Assembly (NCBI GenBank): GCA_963796955.1
Contig: CAWCNJ010000004.1
Location: 128,001 to 192,000, forward strand
Length of the DNA: 64,000 nt
Source of the DNA: Endomicrobiales bacterium
GTDB lineage: Bacteria; Elusimicrobiota; Endomicrobiia; Endomicrobiales; JALOBY01
Reading direction: 5' to 3'
This document shows, one piece after another, positions 39,996-47,285 of this stretch. Below the pieces are notes generated by a model that worked only from the letters and a program-made list of their open reading frames with translations, was not told the DNA's origin and did no database searches. A program made the translations under genes and the position numbers. Within the stretch, counting starts at the first letter, position 1. Each line of letters opens with the position of its first letter.

Positions 39996-40013
39996 AATTT
40001 GTACGTAACAAAG

Positions 40014-40056
40014 ACAAAGCCGGCTTACCTTTTTATGGGTATTCCGGCTTTGTTGA
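40014..40056 (+). terminator. Hairpin after the giant gene, probable intrinsic terminator
   Basis: ACAAAGCCGG (40014-23) pairs with CCGGCTTTGT (40044-53), 19 nt after the stop codon; U-tract is weak. Confidence 0.6.
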
Positions 40057-40281
40057 AGACCCGTTTGCGGGGCGCCAGAAGCGCCTCGCCTCGGATCTTA
40101 CAGCCGGACGTTTTGTACCGCCGGTTATGGCGGACGACTGCCCCGAACTGCAACCACATTTAACCATAAACGGTCCTGTCGTACCATGCGGTTTCTCTCA
40201 AATTTACTGACTTGGAGTTTTCTGCGAGAAATTTGTCGGATCTTCAAAAATAATTATATAGATACGAAAGCATGGCATAGT

Positions 40282-40310
40282 TTGACTTAAACTCAATTAT
40301 TGAATATAAT
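40282..40310 (+). promoter_or_regulatory. Sigma70-type promoter
   Basis: TTGACT-17 nt-TATAAT, about 40 nt upstream of a G-rich RBS and GTG at 40352. Confidence 0.8.
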
Positions 40311-40351
40311 TGCGAAAAGAATATAGTCTTCTGTTGATCAAGGGGGGGAGT

Positions 40352-40882
40352 GTGAAACTGGTGCCTTTATGTCTGGCGCTTTTTGTTTTACAAAGCACAG
40401 TAGCGGTTTCAGCAGAAAGAATTTTAGTAAATTCAGGCGGCAGTGGAAAATCCTCACCAAAAATACTTTCTGTAAGCTTAAGTCCCTTCGCCCATGGATA
40501 CCGCGCAGTTTCGAAGGTCTCCATGCAGTTGGGCGGCCCGAAAAGAGCCGGCAGTTTCCTTCCCGATGCCAGTTTTGTTCTCCGTGACGTGTACGTATTC
40601 CCCAATCCAGCCAAAACAGGAAAAATGCCGACCATTCATGTTGAGGTAGGCGTAGCCGATCAGGTGCAACTGCATATATATGATATCGCAGGTGATCTTG
40701 TTCATAGTGTCGTCTTGTCTGATGCACCGCAAATAATAGATGATGGAACAGGTAAGGATTATGCCTATGAATATAAATGGGAAGACAATATAGCAAGCGG
40801 CGTCTATTTGTGTGTGGTGCGCGCTCAAAAATCTGGCTATGGTGATATAAATAAAACCATTAAGCTGGCGGTGATACGATGA
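40352..40882 (+). CDS. Small exported protein consisting mostly of a T9SS type-A-like CTD
   Basis: GTG after AGGGGGGGAG (the TTG at 40310 overlaps the -10 box); hydrophobic N-terminus ending AVSA; YVFPNP...IYDIAG...IASGVYLC...KLAVIR*. Confidence 0.82.
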   Translation: MKLVPLCLALFVLQSTVAVSAERILVNSGGSGKSSPKILSVSLSPFAHGYRAVSKVSMQLGGPKRAGSFLPDASFVLRDVYVFPNPAKTGKMPTIHVEVGVADQVQLHIYDIAGDLVHSVVLSDAPQIIDDGTGKDYAYEYKWEDNIASGVYLCVVRAQKSGYGDINKTIKLAVIR

Positions 40883-41811
40883 AAAAATTAATTGTTGCGA
40901 TATTCACCATTGCTATAACAACCGGCTCAGGCTTTTGCGATAACACGACAGGTGCTGCCTTTTTAAAGATCGGTGTAGGCGGCCGGATCTCTGCTATGGG
41001 TTCAGCCGCGACCGCGATCGTTGACGATGCGAGCGCCATTTATTGGAACCCCGCGGGCACAGCCGATCTGCCTTTAAAAGAAGATCAGGTTATGTTCATG
41101 CATTCCCAGTGGCTGCAAGATACTACCTATGAATTTGCCGGCTTTGTTCACCCCACCTCTAACGGTGCTTTAGGCCTGGCGGTATCATACCTCGGCTGGG
41201 GCTCAATAGAAGGCCGGGATGATAACCGGCAGCTCACAAATTCTTTCTCGGCCTCGGATACGGCAGCGTATTTATCCAAAAGCGTCCGTTCCAGTTGGGG
41301 CAGTTACGGTGCAAATATCAAGTTGATCCAACAGAGAATAGAAACAGAACAAGCTTCGGGCCTAGCGGGAGATGTAGGCTGCAAAATATATAGGTCATCA
41401 TCTCCATTATCTTTTGGTCTGTCTATTCAGAACCTTGGCCCACAGATGCATTTTATCAGTGATGGGTTTAATGTGCCACTCTCAATAACGGCCGGGACAG
41501 GCTACTATTTTTGCGATAACCTTCTCGTCAGCGCTGATTTGCGTCGTGAGTTGTACGAAAACCGCAATAGCATAGCCTTTGGCGCCGAATATGTTGTCGC
41601 AAGCATCGTAAGTTTACGTGCAGGGTACCTGACTAAGATAAGTGAGACTGCTTCCGGTTCAGATGGAACCGGCAATGGCCTGCTTAATTATGCGGGCCTA
41701 GGTGGCGGCATCGGAGTCCAAATCCACAACCTACATTTTGATTACGCCATGGTCCCTTACGGCGCGCTTGGTGTAACTCAACGTATCTCAATAACGGCAT
41801 CTTTTAAATGA
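40879..41811 (+). CDS. PorV/PorQ-family (UPF0164, FadL-like) outer-membrane beta-barrel
   Basis: Signal peptide; FLKIGVGGRISAMGSA...DDASAIYWNPAG; C-terminal LRAGY...DYA...RISITASF; ATGA overlap with the upstream gene. Confidence 0.88.
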   Translation: MKKLIVAIFTIAITTGSGFCDNTTGAAFLKIGVGGRISAMGSAATAIVDDASAIYWNPAGTADLPLKEDQVMFMHSQWLQDTTYEFAGFVHPTSNGALGLAVSYLGWGSIEGRDDNRQLTNSFSASDTAAYLSKSVRSSWGSYGANIKLIQQRIETEQASGLAGDVGCKIYRSSSPLSFGLSIQNLGPQMHFISDGFNVPLSITAGTGYYFCDNLLVSADLRRELYENRNSIAFGAEYVVASIVSLRAGYLTKISETASGSDGTGNGLLNYAGLGGGIGVQIHNLHFDYAMVPYGALGVTQRISITASFK

Positions 41812-43637
41812 ATCGGATCAAACCATACATAGCCCCGCTAATAGTATTTATTCCATCGCTTGCCTTACGGTTTGTGTATTTCTCACATTTAAGGTTAAAT
41901 CAATTGTTAATGACTCCCTTTGCTGATGCCCGATATTATTACGACTGGGCGCTGTCAATTGCAAAAACTGGTGATTTGCTTGGCAAAGGTCCCTTCTTTC
42001 TTAACCCCGGCTACCCATACCTGCTTGCCTTGCTGCTAAAGATATTTGATTATAGTATACCCTCAATTATATTGTTTCAGTTTGTTGTGGGTGCGTTATC
42101 GGCAGTTCTAGTCTATTGCATTTCCAAAAAATTCCTGCCGGTGCGTTTTTCGGTAACTGCGGGCATTTTGTATGGTGTATGTTCTGTTCCGATGTTTTAT
42201 GAGGGTTTTTTGCTTACCTTTGTTTGGATAACGCTATTTAACTTGATAGCGATGCTGAGTGTTCTTAATACAGAGGGCAAAAACGCATGGAAATGGTTGG
42301 CGTTGGCCGGCCTAAACATAGGTCTTTCTGCCATATTTCGGCCAAATATATTGTTGCTTGTGCCATTGTGTGTTGGTTGGATGTGGTTTTACACCAGAGA
42401 AAGCATATTTAAAAGCCTTCTTATTTTTTTTCTACCTATATTCCTGGTCTTAGCCCCGGTAATAATACGGAACGTAGTTGTACTAGGAGAACCCGTGATT
42501 TCCAGTGTGAGTACCGGTATCAATTTGTACATCGGAAATAGTGAACATTCTGACGGTTCAAATATGGCTATTTTTAAACTTGCTCCCCTTGCTAGCTCGC
42601 CTAAACATATGCTTGATACCTTCAAACAGCTAGCAGAAAAAGATTCTAAGATATCTTTGTCTTACTCTCAGGTTGACCGTTATTGGGAGAGGCAGTCTCT
42701 GAACTGGATTTATAATAATAAAGCTCGTTCTCTTCATAATCTTGTGAATAAGTTTTTGTTGTTTGTAAATGCTCGAGAAATAGAAAGTAATGTGCCGTTC
42801 TATTTAACAAAAAAAGTGGTGTTCCCACTGGCGTTTTGTCCGGGTGTCGGATGGTTCATTCCTTTTGCTGTGGTTGGTTTTTTTGTTTTCTGGAGAGATA
42901 AGAATAGTATGTTGTTAAGGGCATTTTTTGCTGTCCAGATAACAACTGTACTGATTATTTTTATGCTTAGCGAGTATCGGGCTCCTGTAATACCAGTTCT
43001 TGTAATATTTGCAATGGCAGGAGCGTATTGGCTATATGGGAAAGCTAAGCAAAAAGACTATCAAGGAATCTCAATTGCCTCGTGTTTTTTCTTTGTTCTC
43101 GTATTTATCTCTAACTGGAATAGAGCATCAGCGGCGACCGCCGGTTCGACTCTTTGGGAAGGCAGGTATGCCATGCAGGCAGGTGATTACATGAAAGCTG
43201 AAGAGCTCTTTCGTAAATCAATTTCAATTGACAGGTCGAACGTGGCTGGATATCAATACTTAGGTATCCTATACTTTTCTAAAGGACAATTTACATTGGC
43301 ACGCCAATGTTTTGAAAAAACCATAAGCATTTCTCCGACAACAGAAACGTATATTAGTCTTGGAACCATAGCCTTGAGACAAAATGATGCAACATTGGCA
43401 AAGAAAAACTTTGAGAAGGCAGTGCTGCTCGATGTCGGGGATTCTCGGGCAATAGACGGTCTAGCATGTGCTGAGTTTCTGTTAGGTGCACAAGATCGCT
43501 CATACCAATTGTGGGAACATGCATTGCACATCGTGTCTGATGAGAAACAACGTTCTATGATATTGACCAATGTTGCACTTGCGGCGAAGCAAAACAAAAA
43601 ATTTAATGAGTTAATCGAACAAAACAAAGGGGGGTAA
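41808..43637 (+). CDS. Polytopic GT-C (GT39/PMT/ArnT-like) glycosyltransferase with C-terminal TPRs
   Basis: DARYYYDWA first loop, PGYPYLLA, FYEG, RPN, GINLYIGN, EYRAP motifs; many hydrophobic helices; 3-4 TPR-like repeats. Confidence 0.82.
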   Translation: MNRIKPYIAPLIVFIPSLALRFVYFSHLRLNQLLMTPFADARYYYDWALSIAKTGDLLGKGPFFLNPGYPYLLALLLKIFDYSIPSIILFQFVVGALSAVLVYCISKKFLPVRFSVTAGILYGVCSVPMFYEGFLLTFVWITLFNLIAMLSVLNTEGKNAWKWLALAGLNIGLSAIFRPNILLLVPLCVGWMWFYTRESIFKSLLIFFLPIFLVLAPVIIRNVVVLGEPVISSVSTGINLYIGNSEHSDGSNMAIFKLAPLASSPKHMLDTFKQLAEKDSKISLSYSQVDRYWERQSLNWIYNNKARSLHNLVNKFLLFVNAREIESNVPFYLTKKVVFPLAFCPGVGWFIPFAVVGFFVFWRDKNSMLLRAFFAVQITTVLIIFMLSEYRAPVIPVLVIFAMAGAYWLYGKAKQKDYQGISIASCFFFVLVFISNWNRASAATAGSTLWEGRYAMQAGDYMKAEELFRKSISIDRSNVAGYQYLGILYFSKGQFTLARQCFEKTISISPTTETYISLGTIALRQNDATLAKKNFEKAVLLDVGDSRAIDGLACAEFLLGAQDRSYQLWEHALHIVSDEKQRSMILTNVALAAKQNKKFNELIEQNKGG

Positions 43638-43641
43638 TGTT

Positions 43642-46152
43642 ATGGGAGCGATGCGGCGCTTTATCGTTTTGACGATAGTTGCAATGGTGTCTTACTTGGC
43701 GTGCCTTGGTGCCGCAGATGTCCCTCAAATGATGAACTTTCAAGGACAATTCTCTAGCGGGTCTATTACTCTAGATTTTTATATCTCTTCCGGCGCAACA
43801 ACCGGAATGCGGCTGCCAACAAGCAGCCCTTGGCACGAAACATTGTCTACATCAACTGCCGATGGTTATATCAGCTACCTGTTGGGCAGTCAAAGCGCGA
43901 TTCCTAAATCAATTTTCACAGATAGTTCGACGATACGATACCTTGAAATTGTAGAAAATAGCTCATCCCAATTTATGCAACTTGTCTCTGTCCCTTTTGC
44001 ATACAGGGCATCATTCTCCGACAACGCGATGTATGCTGAAAGTTTAGCAGGCGGCGCTACTATTTCAGGTGACTTAAATGTTTCTGGTTTAGTATCGATG
44101 AGTAGTGTAACAATCAATAGTGCGATTTTACGATCCGGAAGCACGGCATACGGCACAAATGCCAACACGCATATATGTCTTGGGGCCAACAGCATTACTG
44201 GAGATGTTAACAATTTCTCGTACTGTACGATCAGTGGGGGTTATGGTAACTATGCAAAAGGTGCGTATTCTTTCATTGGCGGTGGGCTAAATAACAGTGC
44301 TGGTTGTTATGGTTGGAGTGGTATAAACACTGTTATCGGTGGTGGTAGCTCGAATGTAGCAAAAGACGAATACTCGGCTATCTTAGGAGGCTGGAATAAT
44401 TCAAATGAAGGATATTGTTCGGCGATTGGTGGGGGACGAAACAACACTATAACCTATTCATCCCCGGAAAATGGCTATTACTCAACCATTCCAGGTGGCC
44501 GCGATAATGGGATAACTGGTAGTTACTGTTTTGCGGCTGGAAGGCGTGCCAAGGCTCAATCGGAAGGAGTATTCGCTTTATCAGATTCTCAAGATGCTGA
44601 TTTTGTTGTAAATTCAGACAATGTCTTTGGTTCACGCTTTAGTGGTGGCTATTGGTTTACTGGTGGGAATGTAGGTGTAGGAACAACCTCGCCTCAGTAT
44701 AAACTTCAAGTTAACGGACAATTTAGTTCAGGTAATTATTCGATATTTACATCCAGTTCGCTGGTTGGGGTAAAAGAAATTATCTTTCAGGATGGAACAA
44801 CACAAAACACTGCAAATATCCAATGGTCAGCAACTGGTAACGATATTTATCGGTCGGTAGGCAATGTTGGTATTGGTGTTCCCAATCCATCTGCGAAGTT
44901 AACCTTTGATGGTGGTTTATTGAGGTATGGAAGTTCTATGTTAGGCTCTGCGGCCAATACACATATTTGTCTTGGAATGGAAAGCACAACTGGCAGAACT
45001 ACTGGGTATAATGGGCAATACTGTACAATTACTGGTGGTTATTGTAACCAAGCAACTTCTGATTTTGCCGTTGTGGATGGTGGGCATCAAAATATAGCAT
45101 CAGGATATTCATCAAGAGTCCTTGGGGGTGAATATAATACGGCGGCTGGCGATCATTCATGCGCAATAGGAACGAAGGCTCAGGCGAACGCGCTCGGTTC
45201 CTTTGCATTAACAGATTCACAGTGGTCCTATTTTACCGTTAATTCAACTGATACATTCGGAGCAAGATTTCAGGGAGGTTATTGGTTGACCGGTGGTAAT
45301 GTTGGCATTGGGATTACCCCTAGCTCATCAACTTTAACGGTGAACGGTACAATTCTTGCAATTTCAAGTATTACCGCTGGCGCATTCGTTGGTAATGGCG
45401 CAGGGCTGACAAATCTTCCGGTTCCTGGGAATATGGTTACTGTTGATTCAATACAAACGATAACCGCGCAAAAGATATTTCAGAATTCCGTCGGGATTGG
45501 AACCGCTTCCCCAAGAACTACATTGGATGTTAATGGCGGCATAACCGCCGTCTCCAGCATCACCGCCTCCGGCGGATTCTACGGCAAAGCCTCAGGCTTG
45601 ACCGATCTACCTGTTTCTACAAATGTAGTAACAACTGACACCACTCAGAACATTTCAGGAAACAAGACCTTTACTGGAATAACTTTCGGTGTCGTGCCAA
45701 CAGGAACAGTTTTGCCTTATATAGTAAGCATATCGACGATGCCTGCGGGTTTCCTCTATTGCAACGGTCAGGTGGTTTCACGTTCGACCTACGCTACACT
45801 CTTTGCGCTTATCGGCACTGCTTTTGGTTCCGGTAACGGCAGTACTACATTTAATTTGCCTGATATGCGGGGAATGTTTCTCCGCGGAGTGGATGACGGA
45901 CGAGGATATGATTCTGAAGCTAACCGTGTAATAGGTTCTACGGAAACTGATACACTTCAAGGACATAAGCACTCAGTCCAAGCTCAAGTGGTGTCAGTAA
46001 GCAATGTTTATTTGCCCTTCACTCCTACTGCATGTCCTTTAGGAGATGGCAATACAGGTGTCCCTATATCCGATGGTATGAATGGGACCCCTCGTACATC
46101 TAAGGAAACTCGTCCACAGAACATAGCTATTGCTTATATCATCAAATACTAA
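43642..46152 (+). CDS. Exported tail-fibre-like protein with C-terminal phage tail-collar domain
   Basis: Signal peptide then VPQMMNFQG; GGxxNxA repeats; GNVGIG repeats; VPTGTVLPY...GFLYCNGQxVSRSTYATLFALIGTAFGSGNGSTTFNLPDMRGMFLRG...ETRPQNIA. Confidence 0.85.
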   Translation: MGAMRRFIVLTIVAMVSYLACLGAADVPQMMNFQGQFSSGSITLDFYISSGATTGMRLPTSSPWHETLSTSTADGYISYLLGSQSAIPKSIFTDSSTIRYLEIVENSSSQFMQLVSVPFAYRASFSDNAMYAESLAGGATISGDLNVSGLVSMSSVTINSAILRSGSTAYGTNANTHICLGANSITGDVNNFSYCTISGGYGNYAKGAYSFIGGGLNNSAGCYGWSGINTVIGGGSSNVAKDEYSAILGGWNNSNEGYCSAIGGGRNNTITYSSPENGYYSTIPGGRDNGITGSYCFAAGRRAKAQSEGVFALSDSQDADFVVNSDNVFGSRFSGGYWFTGGNVGVGTTSPQYKLQVNGQFSSGNYSIFTSSSLVGVKEIIFQDGTTQNTANIQWSATGNDIYRSVGNVGIGVPNPSAKLTFDGGLLRYGSSMLGSAANTHICLGMESTTGRTTGYNGQYCTITGGYCNQATSDFAVVDGGHQNIASGYSSRVLGGEYNTAAGDHSCAIGTKAQANALGSFALTDSQWSYFTVNSTDTFGARFQGGYWLTGGNVGIGITPSSSTLTVNGTILAISSITAGAFVGNGAGLTNLPVPGNMVTVDSIQTITAQKIFQNSVGIGTASPRTTLDVNGGITAVSSITASGGFYGKASGLTDLPVSTNVVTTDTTQNISGNKTFTGITFGVVPTGTVLPYIVSISTMPAGFLYCNGQVVSRSTYATLFALIGTAFGSGNGSTTFNLPDMRGMFLRGVDDGRGYDSEANRVIGSTETDTLQGHKHSVQAQVVSVSNVYLPFTPTACPLGDGNTGVPISDGMNGTPRTSKETRPQNIAIAYIIKY

Positions 46153-46176
46153 AGAAACGATTTCAAACTGAAGAAC

Positions 46177-46204
46177 TTGAAAAAAAAATGAATTCTGCTA
46201 TGAT
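46177..46204 (+). promoter_or_regulatory. Candidate sigma70 promoter P1 for the riboswitch-led operon
   Basis: TTGAAA-16 nt (includes an A run)-TATGAT with extended TG. Confidence 0.55.
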
Positions 46205-46246
46205 TTAGTGAGTGAATTTGTTTTCATGGCAGAGCCAAAATAGCCA

Positions 46247-46275
46247 TTGACGAAATCAGGGTTTTCTGCAATAGT
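46247..46275 (+). promoter_or_regulatory. Candidate sigma70 promoter P2
   Basis: TTGACG-17 nt-AATAGT with extended TG, about 35 nt before aptamer 1. Confidence 0.45.
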
Positions 46276-46308
46276 ATTAGTGAGGGAGTCCAGATTGATC
46301 CTTCGCAT

Positions 46309-46397
46309 TGACGATAAAGGCAAACCAGATGAAAGTCTGGGGCGCAAAACCACGGGGCTTAAGATAGGGGCTATCTACGCCAGCCGGGTTACCGAAG
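46309..46397 (+). ncRNA. c-di-GMP-I (GEMM) riboswitch aptamer 1
   Basis: CGATAAAGGCAAACC-AGAT-GAAA-GTCT-GG-GGCGCAAAACCACGG...AGCCGGGTTACCGAA matches the class-I pattern; G at the G20-equivalent position. Confidence 0.9.
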
Positions 46398-46460
46398 CAG
46401 ATGTTGTTCTGTAGCTGTTTTTCATTTTGGTGTCTCAGGTCGCATAAAGACCCCTATCTC

Positions 46461-46508
46461 AGGCTACTGTGGCTCAGATGTGATGAGCGATGGTAGTCTT
46501 TGTTTTTT
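46461..46508 (+). terminator. Terminator of riboswitch 1 expression platform
   Basis: AGGCTACTGT/ATGGTAGTCT plus GCTCA/TGAGC stem, followed by TTGTTTTTT. Confidence 0.72.
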
Positions 46509-46543
46509 GGTGGAACATGAAGCAATTGCTCTTTCAAACGAAG

Positions 46544-46702
46544 TTCCGACAAAGGCAAACCCGGTGAAAGCCGGGGACGCAAAGCCGCCTCGCATGATGC
46601 GAGGGTTCTACCCGAAAGGCGGGTGGAATACGGGTCTAAAACGACAGTCCGAAGTCCGAAGTCCGGAGTCCGGAGCATCGTTAAGACGGCCGGGTTACCG
46701 AA
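46544..46702 (+). ncRNA. c-di-GMP-I (GEMM) riboswitch aptamer 2, expanded variant
   Basis: CGACAAAGGCAAACC-CGGT-GAAA-GCCG-GGGACGCAAAGCC-[43 nt]-ACGGGTCTAAA...AAGACGGCCGGGTTACCGAA. Confidence 0.85.
46646..46673 (+). repeat. 4 x heptamer AGTCCG(A/G) in the P3 apical loop of aptamer 2
   Basis: AGTCCGA AGTCCGA AGTCCGG AGTCCGG. Confidence 0.9.
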
Positions 46703-46818
46703 GAGCTGAGAATCGTTTCCCCCGAAGAATAGGGGAGCCCAGACGATTTTTAGAAACAGTTAAGAGCACGCATAGCTTATATAATAAGCTACTCGCGCGC
46801 GAATTAACGAACTTAGGT

Positions 46819-46862
46819 AACCGGACTGCCAGACCCACACATGGCTGTTCGGTTTTTTGTTT
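46819..46862 (+). terminator. Terminator of riboswitch 2 expression platform
   Basis: AACCGGAC-T-GCC / GGC-T-GTTCGGTT stem followed by TTTTGTTT, just before the RBS of 46880. Confidence 0.7.
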
Positions 46863-46879
46863 GAAAGGCGGAGAAGAAA

Positions 46880-47275
46880 ATGAAAACACGGTTCGCGATG
46901 AAAATGATGCTGTTGACGATCGGCCTGCTGCTGAACAGCTGGGGCGCCCCCCGTTTCACGGCCCAGCTCACGCAGCCGCTTGTTGTCAGCGTCACCAATT
47001 ACCCGAACCCGTTCGACAGCCGCTGCGAGAGGACCACCATCCTGCTCTCGCTGGCGCAGGAATCGCAGGTAAGCATTTCCATCTACGATCTGCTGGGTAA
47101 CATGGTGCGGCAGTTCCCTTCGATGAGCGAGGATGCCGGCACCACCAGCATTGTCTGGGATGGGACGAACGATGACAAGGAGAAAGTGGCAAAAGGCGGA
47201 TATCTGGTGCTGGTCGTGGCCAATAGTGAGGCCGGTACATCCCAGGTAATACGAAAGGTCGGCGTTTTGCATTAG
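46880..47275 (+). CDS. Signal peptide + stand-alone T9SS/FlgD-Ig-like CTD protein
   Basis: GGAG RBS; TNYPNPF...IYDLLGNMVR...WDGTNDDKEKVAKGGY...IRKVGVLH*. Confidence 0.85.
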   Translation: MKTRFAMKMMLLTIGLLLNSWGAPRFTAQLTQPLVVSVTNYPNPFDSRCERTTILLSLAQESQVSISIYDLLGNMVRQFPSMSEDAGTTSIVWDGTNDDKEKVAKGGYLVLVVANSEAGTSQVIRKVGVLH

Positions 47276-47285
47276 TGACAAAAAA

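Larger units (their letters stand above)
40200..46250. other. Lower-GC four-gene cassette (probable acquired or exchanged segment)
   Basis: Sample lines: 24/60 and 19/60 G+C at 42661-42780 versus 43/60 at 39601-39660 and 44/60 at 46921-46980; no integrase or transposase seen. Confidence 0.7.

Noticed and set aside
40057..40280. Structured ncRNA or att site at the left edge of the low-GC cassette
   Set aside because: Only short weak stems; no recognisable family and no matching direct repeat found at the right edge by eye.
43642..46152. Prophage
   Set aside because: Only a collar domain on a signal-peptide protein; no integrase, terminase, capsid or lysis genes.
46646..46673. CRISPR-like array
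   Set aside because: 7-nt tandem units with no spacers and no cas genes.
46309..46702. 3'3'-cGAMP-sensing (GEMM-Ib) variant
   Set aside because: Both aptamers read AAAGGCAAACC with G at the specificity position rather than A; not excluded experimentally.
46480..47100. 206-aa + strand ORF
   Set aside because: Runs through aptamer 2 and its terminator, overlaps the 46880 gene out of frame, and has no recognisable protein features.
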